Shown here: positions 50,801 through 64,000 of the stretch, one piece after another | Numbering within the stretch: position 1 is the stretch's first letter | Layout of the letters: each line of letters opens with the position of its first letter | Assembly: GCA_030324005.1 (NCBI GenBank) | Contig: JARDVH010000157.1 | Coordinates: 9,971,071-10,035,070, forward strand | DNA from: Negaprion brevirostris | Lineage: Eukaryota | Reading direction: 5' to 3' | Length of the DNA stretch: 64,000 nt | Made by a program: the position numbers and the translations under genes | Notes under the pieces: generated by a model | Told to the model about the DNA's origin: nothing | What the model saw: only the letters and a program-made list of their open reading frames with translations | The model's database searches: none

Positions 50801-53800
50801 AAGAGTTGGTTAGGTATGATGGGAGCAATGATCATTTATCCTTCACTCTTCATTTTGCTCTTCTTGTGATTTTTTTTTTAAATGGAGGACACTAGGACTG
50901 TATCTTCATTTCATGCCTTTCTATTCCCGCCATAAAATGCATTCATTTTTAGTGACATTTTCATGGTATCACATTCACCAATATTGCAGTTGGTGGCATT
51001 GTAAGCAATGGACTCACTGATGAGAAGCACAACCAAACCAATAAGAGATGAAAATGATGATACACAGTTAGACACATAGGGTGACGTATGCATTAGTGAG
51101 TTCTAGAGAACACTTGATCACTTAAGTGTGCCAACATCCTAGTACCAATTTCAATTATAGCACTACAGTACCAGAAAACTAGCTTTTGTATGTCAGTAGA
51201 ATGAAAGTAATTTGCAAACCAATTTTATTTTGTTATCTTATAGTAGAAAGAGGAAATGGCTCTCATTTTTTTCCAGTTGAATGTAGTTTTAATACTCTCC
51301 AGCATAATGATCCTCTGTCATCCTCCAGCATTTTGAATTTGTGAAGTCCATTTCTCATTCATTAAAGTTGGACATCCAGTGATTTTAGTGGTGGTTATGA
51401 TTTAGATTCAGCTTTGAATATATAGTGGCAAAAATAGATAAAATGGAGACTTTAGGAATGCTCAGAAAGTGAAATACTTAAGATGCTTTTGAACAGATAT
51501 AATCGAAGGAACTAAGAAAAAAAGCTTTTATTACCCAGAAAAAGTGAGGTGAAGGGCCAAGGCAGAAATAAGAAGATGATAATGAGAGGCATAATGATTA
51601 GATGTCACCAAAATTGGCCTTTAAAAGTTTAGGAGCAGGAATTGTATTAGTGAATACTTGGAAAAGAACGAGTACCTCTAAAAATGGTGCCACAGTTCAT
51701 GATTTCAGCACGATCATTGATGCAAGATCAGACATTTGAGCACATGAAGGAAAAATGACTAGATAGAAATCACACTTTTTACATTACATACAAAATCTAA
51801 TTGCTATATATGACTTTTTTGATTGTTTTCTCTAATATACAAAAACATACTCCAGACAATACAGAAGTTCTATTTTGCTTTGAAATTTGAATTATTCAGT
51901 CATTTGAATCAAGGATTGCAAATAATATAGAAAAATGGGAAATTAGTATTCTTTGAAAAAAGAGTATGCAGATAAATTAGAATTGAAAATAGCACTAAAA
52001 TGATACATCCAAATATTTAACAGACAATGACTAATCAGCATTAGCTACCTTATAGAAGTGCAGGTAAGATCTTAGGGTATGATTATTAGAATTAGATTCT
52101 GTGGATTAAAGGTTTTGTGCTACAAATTTGAAAATTACAATTGGTTCCAAGAACAATGAGATATTTTAGGTACTGCATACTGTTGCTGTGCCAGTTGAAC
52201 TTAAAATGCAGATTCCATGAACGTTAATAAACTGGGGTTGTAATGATTGTAAATGATGCTGCAGAGCTTTACTGTTTTGCTAGTTTGAAATGCAGTTTCT
52301 ATTTTACAAAATATGTTTTACTTTTGTACAAATGTAGGGAATAGACGAGTTGCAACATTTGAGAATTTTCAAGGAATTTAGAAAATAAATCCATCAAATT
52401 TGCTAAGGGCCAAAAGTAACCCGCAACTCATAGTCACTAGAATAAACTAAAGGTTTGACATCGTGGACTGGTGAAGAGGTTAAAGCTACAATTCTGTTGA
52501 TTGGTACACACCTAGTCAGCCACTTAACACTACTTCTGAAGTTCTAAAGGCCATAATCTGAGTTCTAACTACAGTAGTTATTTCTATTCTGGTGAAGAAG
52601 CCATCATCTGTCAAAAGGTTAAATAAATCACCCATCAGAAACCGGTTTGAAGTCCTTTTGAATAGTTAAGAGCTGTGCATTTAATATTTTATGCTTGTTT
52701 TTTTCACCCTTCCTTCACCACCTCTCAAAAACATTGGGTTGTGGTTTTAAGGTTGCCTAGCATCCTTTGACATTGTTGACCACTAGCTCAGGAGACCAGT
52801 TTTCATGACTGAAATTATAGGTGGGATGTTTAGCTGTTTGGAAACTTTCAGCTCTCGAACATTTCTATTTTGCACCATCTAAAATTGAAAACTCTGCCAA
52901 TTACTTGGGCTCCGTGGTCCAAAATACATTAAGGCCAGTTGTAATACCTTTTGCCATCGCCCAAGTCAGGATCACAAGGCAGGAGTGGAATCTAAGGTCA
53001 TCATGGTTTGTATAGCTCAAGACAACATTGTCCAATTGGGAAAGCTTAGCTTTAATAAATTCAATAGTAATTTTACTATGAGAATTATCTATTAAAATTA
53101 TGAAGTAGCTGTTGTTTTAAAATCACATAACTACCTTGTGTAATTTGCAATGAGCAATACTTTTTCAAGAGGTACAGTTTATTAAATGCATTTTTTTTAA
53201 ATGCAAAGAAACAGCATGATAACAAAGAACTCAGTGTATATATGAAGTAAGTTATCTATCTTGGTCCTATTCTGTCATCCTCCAGCAAAGTTTGGGTATA
53301 TAGTTAGCACTGGATTGAAAATTGCAATGTTTCTTTCCAATTACAGAAACTGAAGTGCGTTCCTTCAGTTGGAGATTATGGTCCTCTGTGGGCATCTTAC
53401 TAGACAGTGCTGGATTGCACTGCTAGGTTCTAACACTGTCTGGTAACGATGTTTAAAGAGTGTTCCACATTCAACAGCCACTGGATAAAGTTTACACATT
53501 GTTAGTGACAGATTCCTTGAACGCATACTCAACTTGTTGACCTGCTGAAACACTAAATACTTTGTGCCAGAAGTCACACTGTGTACAATAATTATGTGTT
53601 GTAGACAAGCGGTTCTCAGAGACAAATGTGTCAGAATTTAAATGAACTATGTTTGTAAAATTAACAAAGAGTTGCATTTGCTTTCCTGCATGCAAATTTC
53701 GCAAATGTAGCCTTAAAAATTATGTTCCTTGTTACCTCTACTGTTATATTTCAAATCCTGAAGCAATATCAAAGAGGTTGGAGTATGGAAAGGTAATCAT

Positions 53801-55994
53801 TTTCTAGTACGTTGTACTACTTGTCAACTAAAAACTAGCTGGGAATGAATGTTCCCGGGCTATTGGTAGGCTCCTTCTCAGTGATTATTGCAGTCTTGGG
53901 ACATTGGGAAGACAGTCTTATAGCAAGGGGGTCTGACCTGGCAGGTTCCTTCCATTACAATTGTACCTCTTAGTTGGTTACAGAGAGAAATTGATTGTAG
54001 TTGTGAAGTGGGTGGCATTGCATGCACACCTNNNNNNNNNNNNNNNNNNNNNNNNNNNNNNNNNNNNNNNNNNNNNNNNNNNNNNNNNNNNNNNNNNNNN
54101 NNNNNNNNNNNNNNNNNNNNNNNNNNNNNNNAGTTGTGAATTGGTCTACAGCCCAGACTATTTTTCCTTCAGATCTCGGATGGTAAGTACTGGTAAGTAG
54201 ATTTCATGTGAGATGAAAAATGTTTATTGTATTTTTAGAAAAAAATTTGAAAAATATATAGTTTATATTTTGCCCCCTTTTCCAAGTCTCATCTATCTTT
54301 TCTCCCATCTTTCTGACTCAGAGAGCACTCTTGCAGCTCTCTTGTTGCCATCCAATATGTGAGTGACTTTCCCCATACATTTTTTTAAGTTGCACTGATC
54401 ATTAATTATTCTGTCCCCTCTTCACTTCATGCATCAGCTCAAACTGGGAACTTGTCATATAGGAATTGCAGGCAAGTAAGATTATATTAAACTTCCTAGA
54501 TGTGATGTCATTGGTATGTAGAATATTGTTCTTCCTCATTGTGGATCCCAAAATGTTTGGTTTAACATTTATAGCATTTGACCAAACAACATGAATAAGT
54601 TTCTCATGAGAAGATATTAGAACATGGATGGATATTAGTGGACTATAATCCCTCCACTCTGCCAAGTTTTGAAAATTGGATGGGGAGTCTTCCCTGAGGT
54701 CTGAATGCACACCAATGTCCAAACAGGACCTGACAAATGGTGGCCTTGGAGCACACTGTCTAAATTCTGAGCCACTGCTGTGTAACCCTGAAGAGATTAT
54801 TCAGAGCAGAAAACCAAAGTGGGAAAGTGTACATTCTCAGACATGAAGTATATTTGGAGGTCNNNNNNNNNNNNNNNNNNNNNNNNNNNNNNNNNNNNNN
54901 NNNNNNNNNNNNNNNNNNNNNNNNNNNNNNNNNNNNNNNNNNNNNNNNNNNNNNNNNNNNNNNNNNNNNNNNNNNNNNNNNNNNNNNNNNNNNNNNNNNN
55001 NNNNNNNNNNNNNNNNNNNNNNNNNNNNNNNNNNNNNNNNNNNNNNNNNNNNNNNNNNNNNNNNNNNNNNNNNNNNNNNNNTAGCTGAATGAGTTCAAGG
55101 GATTGTTGTCCCAAGGTGAACAAAGGAGGCTTAGACAGGTGAAGGTGACTAATATTTGAAATGATTGGCCATAAAGTGCAGCTTATTACCAGGTAATGAG
55201 GAATTTAGTACTATTATTTTCTTTTACAATAAATCTGCCACAAGATGATTGAAGACCCAATTCATCATTGGATCATTGTAAATTTCCATTTAGCTGTGAA
55301 CTTTGTGAGTACACAACCTGAAAGTGGCTTTGCAACTTGAAATCAGGCTGCGCACTGCAGGGTTAGTGAGTGCAAATTGTCCTGTGATATCCCTTGTTAT
55401 CTTTAAAAACCAGTGGCCAAATTGGAGAAGCTTGATCCTTGAATTCATCAGAAATACTGTGACTTTAGGATCTTAAATCCCATTGTTGACGTTTTCTTAT
55501 CTTAATCCTTTATATACGTAGAAATAATGAAGAATAATAACTTTACCACCAAATTCGTGCCCTTTCTCTCTGCATGACATTACTAACCTGCATAAAGGTG
55601 AAAGATCAACTATTCGCAATAGCCTGTATTTATGTCGTGCTACTCATACAAACCAACATCTTACAGCAATGAAATCAATACAAAGCAGGAAGTAAGAAGT
55701 CTTTTGAGGGACAGGGAAATTAATGCACAATTCATGGTAATTTCTTCTATGGCGACAGGCAGAGAATGAAAAAGGCAAATTAGTTTGGCAGAAAATTTGG
55801 AAGTACAAAGACAAAGTGAATAGTTTTCTGACCATTGAGCAAAAGAAGTGGAAGTTAATCCACTATCATTTTCCCCCACCACGCAGCCTCTATCTCTGAT
55901 TGGCATGTTATCTTTTAACAATCTCAAAATTGTGATATTAAACAACAAATAAAATTTGCACTGACTATTATGTTGCATTCTTGCAGGAGAGAAA

Positions 55995-56106
55995 ACTGCA
56001 AGCTATGGGAAAAAAAGCATAGGAGAGACCCTAATTAGGTTGTTTCAAAGAGCTGGGACAGGCAGGATGGGCCAGAAGGCAACCTCCTATGCTGTGATTT
56101 CTATGT
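55995..56106 (+). mobile_element. Old CR1 LINE 3' UTR/tail
   Basis: ggacaggcaggatgggccagaaggcaacctcctatgctgtgatttctatg. Confidence 0.6.
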
Positions 56107-59100
56107 TTAAATTTTATACAGATAGAGTTCATGAAGCGGAAGAAAATTTTTTAAGAGTTCACAATCCATCCCTGAGATACCATGAGTAACACTTCTAAAA
56201 CCAGCATTAAACTTTAAGTCTCAAGTTAACTGTGCAGTATTATCAAACTTGTGGGAGTGCTTCCACGGATGTCAAGAAACTGACACCAGGATCATTTCCA
56301 GGTCCATCATCAAGGCACCTGCAGGCGCATAATTGGTTGCCTTGGTGTTCGCCATATAATTTAAGGATGCAGGTGAGTTCCTGAGGCAGGAGACTCATTC
56401 AGAGAACCTGCAGCGTTGGCCAGATGACAGCTCCACCCGGATAGGTGGGCACTGCTGAGACAGCAAGGTGAGCATGAAGGCGCCTCAAAATAGAGGCACT
56501 CTTGGAAGCTGGCAAACATTTAAAATTAAAGAAGTCTCATAGTTGTTAGGACCATCAGTGTGGAGGGGCAGGTACTCCTCAAGATTGTCCTTTGGCTATG
56601 ACTGTGGCCCATTCATACATGTGGCTTATTCACTAGGCCAATGGGAGGAGCACTGATGACTGTGTTCTGCCGTCAGGAGGCCACATCCAGGTTGCTGCTT
56701 AGTAGGGTGCGGACCTGATACTGAAAAATGTTGGTCTGATCTGAAATTTTCCCCGCAGTAGGGCTTTAATTGACCTAATTTGTTGCTCACCCCTGCAAGC
56801 AAGTTGTCGATTCCCCTCGCAGCCCACCCTGGAAACTTCGGCATCAAGACAGATTATCTGAATTTTCCTGCACCTTCCCCTCCCCTGCGTCCAAACCAGC
56901 CTGTGCCTCTATAGCAAAATTCAACCTTTTGTATTTGAGTTGCCAGCCGTACCCTTTATGCAAACACTATTCATTCCCTGAGGCTTGTTGCTGTGCCTCT
57001 GCTTATACGGCCTAAAGATGTAAATAGTTCTCCTTCCAATCATCTTTCTGGCTTCCATTTCTCCATTCCTACACTGAAAGCAAGCTACCTATCCCTTCCT
57101 GACCAAAACTTGAGATGGTAATTTCATGGATAAAATATGAAAAGATGGGGCTGTTAAATAAAAGTGCAAGTATGCTGCAGTTGAGCGCTATGATTGACTT
57201 TCACCCTTAGTGACATTTAGAGATGTTGGGAGAATGACCATTACCCATAGAGCAAAATCCAGTACTTCAGGAATGATGGGAAGAGGAGTAAAGAAACCTC
57301 AGACAGAGTCATATAATTATGAGTGGAATGGAGAAGAACGAATTGTTGAAATACATTTGTCAGTATAGTTTTTATTGCTTTCTTGTTTTTCTTTAATAAA
57401 GAAAGCAAATGTGTCTGACATACTATTATACCTCATGCATCATTATTTAGGTTATGCAAAGCTGAAAAAGACATATGAACTAGTCAAAAAAAACTCCCTA
57501 ACTTTACATCATTTCATATAATACCAAACCACAAAATATTTTGGTTGCCTAAGGATTTTAACATCTTCATTCACATTTTAACTGCTTCAGTTCAGGTCAC
57601 TTAAAATAGTCCTGTTACTTTAACCTAATGGGTTATTCTTAACTTACAATACACGAGGTAATCAACTGAATCTAATGCATTGATATATCTCATTCACTGT
57701 CAAATTAAATGATTATTCCCTTAGCAAGACTTCTTGCCCTTTTCAGAAGTGTGCTCAGGTGATAAGAAGCTTAAGTATGTTGACACTGGGCGAGAAAAAT
57801 TGCAGATACTCAAAATCTGAAGTGAAGTAGAAAATGCTGGATAAGAGAAACAATCAGTAATGTTTCAGATGTAGATATTTTGTCAGTCTGGAAACTGGAG
57901 CATAGGCAAATTCCTTCTGTATTAACTATTCAAAGGAAACTTGTTGGTTCTTCCTTGTGCCAAACCTAATGGATTTATTTATTGGCTTTGCTATGACAAG
58001 GCTGTATCCCACCCTCATTTTGAGCTGAAGACCGATGCTGACAGAATATGAAGCAAACCAGCAACAAAAGACAAGGGAGATTCACAAAGCACATGGAATC
58101 CCCATTTGTGGCATTACTGCAAAGCTCCATTACTAGCTCTCCATTGTTCAGTCATCTGCCTTTCACAGTATTTTATTCTAGGTGGGATTTATTGTGGTTA
58201 ACAGTATATACTAATCGAGGCTATATCAAGTGTCACAGGGTAAACTGCTTCATCTTTTCCCAGAATGCTTGTGCTTATCTGTGTTTGGTTACTGGGTGCA
58301 GGTATTGCGTGAGAAGTGCCTAATCCTTTGTTTAATATTAACTGAGCATGCAAACAAAGCACACAGAACTCTTGCCAGTTCCTGCTGGCTAAGAGTACTA
58401 GTCTGGCATGCAGTGTAACTAAACCCAAAAATGGAAAAAAGCAGAAACTGGGCTCAGCCTCTCAGATCTTTCCTGATAAATGAAATCTGTAGTCCATTGG
58501 GTTAATCTGTTAAAATGGCTTGATTTTTTTCTTGTGCACATCAAGCAAAGGGATGTAACTCTTTGAGTATAAAAATCCTTTCCTGTGATTCCTTTCTGTT
58601 ATTGCCCATTAATTTAGCAACTGTTCTACACTGATTATAATAACCTGTAACAAATTAATAGATGAAAAGCTGTTCATAAAAATGAATCTAAATGTAATTC
58701 TATTTAAAATATGTCAGATAGATTTGATTTCCTGAAGGGAATGTTACATGTTTGGTAGTACTTACCGTCCACTGGAGGTGAGCAGATATTGTACAATAAA
58801 TGTAATTTATTACTTTGCTTAATTTTAGTATGCAGATATTCTTGTTAGATACTTAATGTGTAGGAAAGTTAAGAATGCTCATCCAGATGAACAAAAAAGT
58901 TGGTAGCTCATGGAATATCCTTAGTTTCTAGGTGGCAGTTTCTTACAAATGCCAGGTGCCCACTCACCCAGACACTATAGAAGTTATGTGCTATAGGAGT
59001 AAAAATAAATTGAAAGGAAATTTTTTTTCCACCAGCAAGGTTCCCTGATTGAGTGATTAAATTTCCTACAACAGTGACCACACTTTAAAAAGTCTATAAT

Positions 59101-60764
59101 TGGCAGGAAAGGATATCCTAAGGTAACAAAAGTAGCTGAATAAGACCAATTTGTTTCTCCAATCTTTTGCAATATTTACTGATATAACTAATTTTAAAGA
59201 ATGATTTTAAATTAACGTGTCCAATGAAACAGAATTAATCCTAGATAATATTGTTCACACAATAGTAGAAATTAGTTTAAAATGAATCTGTCTTATTTTG
59301 CCTACTCATTGTATCCATGCATGAAGCCAACAACGTGGGACTGGGCTGGCATAGTACACTTTAATAGTATGTGTGTTTCATAAACTGCGTTATAACAATT
59401 GGGTACTGCTTCGAATGGAATTACTGCCAATTCCTTGGCCAGTTGAATTAAAGATGTTCACAGTGTAATGATTGTAATCTCCTGAATTTTTATGTATAGT
59501 ATAGAGTTATTCCATCTTTCATCTAAACAAAAGGGTGTTGCGGAAGAAACGTTTTAGAAGTACAGTTTGGATTTTTTTTTGCCTCTGTTTTTTCAAAATA
59601 GCCTCTGAGAATATAAACTCATCCATAGTGGCCGTAATTCCAGTGTATATCACCGGCCAAAGGTTACTGTTTGGCCAAGCTGACTGCATGTTGATTGATG
59701 TCTTACCAGGCAAGGTTAGATATAGCTATTTAAGTCTAATACTGTCTGGTAATGCCGTTGATCTCATGTCATAAGTTCTTCATCTTGTGGGAGGCGTTCC
59801 AGCCAAAATTAGCAATCTGTGCCATGTTTGTAGGTGAGGCCAGTCCAGGGGTTGAGCTTGGGCTGTGCACTGCTGTTTGGGTGTGTCTCTGAAGCCCATT
59901 CAAGTGCATCAGTTCAAAGTGCAACTTTTAATACGTCTGGCCTGTTAATGTCTAACAGCATTATTCAGCAGAAAAAGTGCATGCATGGAGAAGAACCTGT
60001 ACTATTGCTTTTCATAACTTATGCCAAACTGCCTTGCAAAAGAACTAAGGCTATTGATTAACATTTTACCTGCTGAACAGAGAAAGATACACATCAACAG
60101 GATAGTTTCTAGTTTCACACAGCTGAAATTCTCTGTTTAGATGATGCAATACGTATGTCCTGTTCACTTTCCAGGGTTTAATATGATGGACTATGAGGAT
60201 TTATCCACATTTTTCGTTGTTTATTTTTCCTCGTACATAATGAGCTTTTGTGATAAATATATTCTGTCAGAAAAGGATCAAAGTCTACATAATTCTTAAA
60301 AATACTAAGAATTGCATGTAAATTTGAAAATTGTGTTGAGCATGTATTACGACCATTCACAGTCTTTTCTTAACACTTGCATAAGTTTCGAATCATCATA
60401 GATTTTTGTCGTAGCCTGTATCTCCTTGACCAGGTATTTGTAAACTTCTCATTTGTTGTTAGCAGAGGTAGTGAGATAATTTATTACATTATTCAAAGGC
60501 ATTATTTTACCTTTCTGATTTTGGTGCATTCATTTTGTACTCAGATATTCTGTTGGCTGTCTTTATTTTCATAAAGCTTCAATTCATACAGATTGTTGTA
60601 GCCTAGAATATCTGTCCTGGCTTTATGAAGTATTCCTACTGCTTCGTTTGTTAATATTTAGCTGTGATACAATTACGAAGAATAGCTTAAACAAAGTCTT
60701 AGGTAGCAGTCGTAAATCTCTTGCCATGAGTGGGGCTTGGGAGGGTTTGAAAGAGTGCATTCAA

Positions 60765-61392
60765 GGGGCTGAATCTTAATTCCCAATGCATGGGTTGGCA
60801 CGTGTCCGAAGTTAAAACTCAACAGTCTGGAACCAGAGCTAAAGCCATCCACTTCAGTTTTAACAGGTGTGATGAGGGTCAGCAACCAACCTATTTATGG
60901 GAAGTGGGTGGGTCATTTAGTCTTCAGTTTAACAGCCATTCTACTTTTAACCACAGGTGACTGGGTTGCCCAGGCCTTGGGAAACTCAGCAGTTTAAAAG
61001 ATGTGAGTGGGGATGAAACTGTGAGGTAAGTGCCTTTACAACACTGTAAAGGAACAGGAGTGCTTCCTTCAGGTCCCATATGTTATCCAGTAAATGTCCT
61101 CTGCTGCTCTTCCTCATGAGCTGAACCCTCATCCCACTAACCAAAACTTCTCTCTCACTCTCAGTTTTTCTGCCTGTTCTCCTGGACTTTGGCCCAGTGA
61201 AATAGGTTTCCTGTCTGAAAAGCCTTCAGCTATCAATTAAGGTGCTTGTGTGTGCAAACCCAATTTAAAGGCCCTATAGTAAAAATTCTGTAGGACATTT
61301 GGGAAACCTGTTCTACCGGCTTTCCTGACCTCCCATAAATTCTCATCTTCCCCCAACACTCTCAAAGCTTGCCACTGAGTTAGAATTCAATC
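60765..61392. mobile_element. Old MITE-like element
   Basis: Imperfect inverted ends gggctgaatcttaa ... ttagaattcaatc around a GC-richer interior. Confidence 0.35.
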
Positions 61393-61879
61393 TAAAATGA
61401 TTTGTCAGGAACAGCTCCGTGCCAGAGATCAAGCTGTTCCTCAGATGGCCTCAGTCTGAGCACTGACGTTCACATCAAGGAATATGGGATCATTATACAT
61501 GGATAGTAAAACAACATTGTCAAAGCTGAAGTTTCCTTTCCAGATATGCCACAGTATTGGTTAGCTCACCTTGATTTTCCAGGCTCACACTTGCAAGTTT
61601 CAGTCACATGAATTGATGAGCAGCTTATCGCTGGGGAGAAACATGCTGTCAGATAAGTCTGGCTAACATAGCCCTGAAACTGCATGCATTGGAAACAAGT
61701 TACTTTTTGATGTTGATTGGACTCTGGGCTGGATTTTGCGGTCAGCGGTGATTATTTTGCGCACCGCAGACTGTGAAGAAAGCTGTCCACAGGGTTCTAA
61801 CGATCTCTGTGGCATGCATTTTCCTGACGTTAATTTGGTCTGGTGCCAAGCCAAGGGGTTCTCTGGGCATCTTGCAGCA

Positions 61880-62392
61880 TCTTCACAGCTCTATCCACTT
61901 GAGTGGCAACCTTCAGAGATCTGTGGATATGAACCCCAAGATCTCTCTGTTCATCCACNNNNNNNNNNNNNNNNNNNNNNNNNNNNNNNNNNNNNNNNNN
62001 NNNNNNNNNNNNNNNNNNNNNNNNNNNNNNNNNNNNNNNNNNNNNNNNNNNNNNNNNNTCCAAACCAGGCAGCATCCTGGTAAATCTCCTCTGCACTCTC
62101 TCCAATGCTTCCACATCCTTCTTATAGTGAGGTGAACAGAACTGAACACAATATTCCAAATGTGGTCTTACCAACGTCTGGTATAGTTGCAGCATAACCC
62201 ACGGCTCTTAAACTCAAATCCCGTTAATAAACGCTAACACACTATAAGCCTTCTTCACGGCTCTATCCACTTGAGTGGCAACCTCAGAGATCTGTGGATA
62301 TGAACCCCAAGATCTCTCTGTTCCTCCACATTCCTCAGAACTCTGCCGTTGACCCTGTAATCCGCATTCAAATTTGTCCTACCAAAATGAAC
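61880..62392 (-). mobile_element. CR1 LINE ORF2 C-terminal fragment(s)
   Basis: Reads [45 protein letters not shown] and VDEQRDLGVHIHRSLK. Confidence 0.92.
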
Positions 62393-63097
62393 CATTTTAG
62401 AAGTTGAAATATACACATTTTAAAAATAGAACTATGGATTTGCTATTCTAAAGGAAGCACGTGATATTACACAATTATAAAATTTACTTTCCAGGGCCGG
62501 GCTCAGTTAACCCTTATTTATGACTCTTGTGAAGATCATTGAGCAACCAAATCCCAGAGGGAAATTTGGCTTATAGGCCATACTTACTTTGTATTCTAAA
62601 AATGAGAAGAAAACATACTAATCTTTGCAGCAAGATATCCAGTAGCACTTTTGGGATTTTAAAAATTAAAAGTGAAAGGTTTATTAACAAGAAGAAAAGA
62701 AAACTTAAGCACATAAGATTGCAGTTACACAAATGAAATTTGTCTTTCAAAACATTCCACCAAAAGATTCCCTATTTGGTCAGATCCACAAATAAACACT
62801 TTCTAGGTAACACTCCCCTTTTAGATGTTTAACTATAAAAATACAATAATATTATTCAAGGCAAAGATTCTGTCACTTTAATAAGGGATACCACTTGACC
62901 TCTCAAATCTTCTTTCACTCTGTTGTGCAAATCCATAAATCTTCTGTAATAAGACTGCTTTTTGCAACTCAATACTTTTAAATGGATGGCTAATTCGGAC
63001 TGCACCTTTTCCTAGCCCACATTTGTTTCTATGAGATCTTCCTCACAGCCAACAACTAAGCTTTCCCCAGTATCACTAAAATATCCTTTTCCCCCTT

Positions 63098-64000
63098 TCA
63101 TAAGAACGTAAGAAATAGGAGCAGGAGTAGGCCATCTAGCCCCTCGAGCCTCCCACACCATTCAATGAGATCATGGTTGATCTGATNNNNNNNNNNNNNN
63201 NNNNNNNNNNNNNNNNNNNNNNNNNNNNNNNNNNNNNNNNNNNNNNNNNNNNNNNNNNNNNNNNNNNNNNNNNNNNNNNNNNNNNNNNNNNNNNNNNNNN
63301 NNNNNNNNNNNNNNNNNNNNNNNNNNNNNNNNNNNNNNNNNNNNNNNNNNNNNNNNNNNNNNNNNNNNNNNNNNNNNNNNNNNNNNNNNNNNNNNNNNNN
63401 NNNNNNNNNNNNNNNNNNNNNNNNNNNNNNNNNNNNNNNNNNNNNNNNNNNNNNNNNNNNNNNNNNNNNNNNNNNNNNNNNNNNNNNNNNNNNNNNNNNN
63501 NNNNNNNNNNNNNNNNNNNNNNNNNNNNNNNNNNNNNNNNNNNNNNNNNNNNNNNNNNNNNNNNNNNNNNNNNNNNNNNNNNNNNNNNNNNNNNNNNNNN
63601 NNNNNNNNNNNNNNNNNNNNNNNNNNNNNNNNNNNNNNNNNNNNNNNNNNNNNNNNNNNNNNNNNNNNNNNNNNNNNNNNNNNNNNNNNNNNNNNNNNNN
63701 NNNNNNNNNNNNNNNNNNNNNNNNNNNNNNNNNNNNNNNNNNNNNNNNNNNNNNNNNNNNNNNNNNNNNNNNNNNNNNNNNNNNNNNNNNNNNNNNNNNN
63801 NNNNNNNNNNNNNNNNNNNAAGTCATTGTCCATTTTAATATTATTCCTTCCAAAGTGGATAACCTCACACTTGCCAATGTTATACTCCATCTGCCAGATC
63901 TTTGCCCATTCACTTAGCCTATCCAAATCTCTCTGCAGACTTCATGCGTCCTCCATGCAATTTGCTTTCCCACCCATCTTTGTGTCATCCACAAACTTTG
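63098..64000 (-). mobile_element. CR1 LINE, RT region to 3' tail, with an internal gap
   Basis: Reads KFVDDTK...LQRDLDRLSEWAKIWQMEYNIGKCEVIHFGRNN at 64000-63830. The 3' tail (reverse complement) cataagaacgtaagaaataggagcaggagtaggcc is at 63098. Confidence 0.9.

Noticed and set aside
51314-53288. 17-bp direct repeat tctgtcatcctccagca at ~51314 and ~53272
   Set aside because: The flanks do not extend the match, and one such match is plausible by chance in 64 kb.
58765-58942. CTCF-like motifs ccactggaggtgagc and tctaggtggcag
   Set aside because: Only partial matches; cannot be separated from background without a PWM scan or ChIP data.
283-63926. Most ORFs in the six-frame track, especially the long ones
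   Set aside because: The long ORFs are artefacts of reading through N gaps. The short ones have no recognisable homology or are TE fragments.

Overview
Repeat-rich, AT-rich vertebrate genomic DNA, almost certainly from a shark or other cartilaginous fish. This is inferred from HE1-type tRNA-SINEs, CR1/HER1-type and L2 LINE fragments, Deu-domain SINEs and GGGC-ended MITE-like elements. The assembly is fragmented, with many N gaps, several exactly 100 nt and mostly at repeats. The only protein-coding segment I recognise is the 5' part of one exon of CCT4 (TRiC/CCT chaperonin subunit delta; LVELSKAQDIEAGDGTTSV, 44678-44734), cut by a gap; I could not find its neighbouring exons. A decayed Gypsy/Ty3 LTR-retrotransposon gag-protease relic (9820-11236, minus strand), only partly captured by the ORF track, can be reconstructed across frameshifts and a LINE insertion. 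Other points of interest are a promoter-like CpG cluster about 1.5 kb upstream of the CCT4 exon, a possible minus-strand non-coding spliced transcript at 1.4-2.5 kb, nested TEs, and a perfect 16-bp hairpin. I found no convincing previously undescribed biological system. Repeat boundaries are approximate and were read by eye; family names come from recalled motifs, not database searches.
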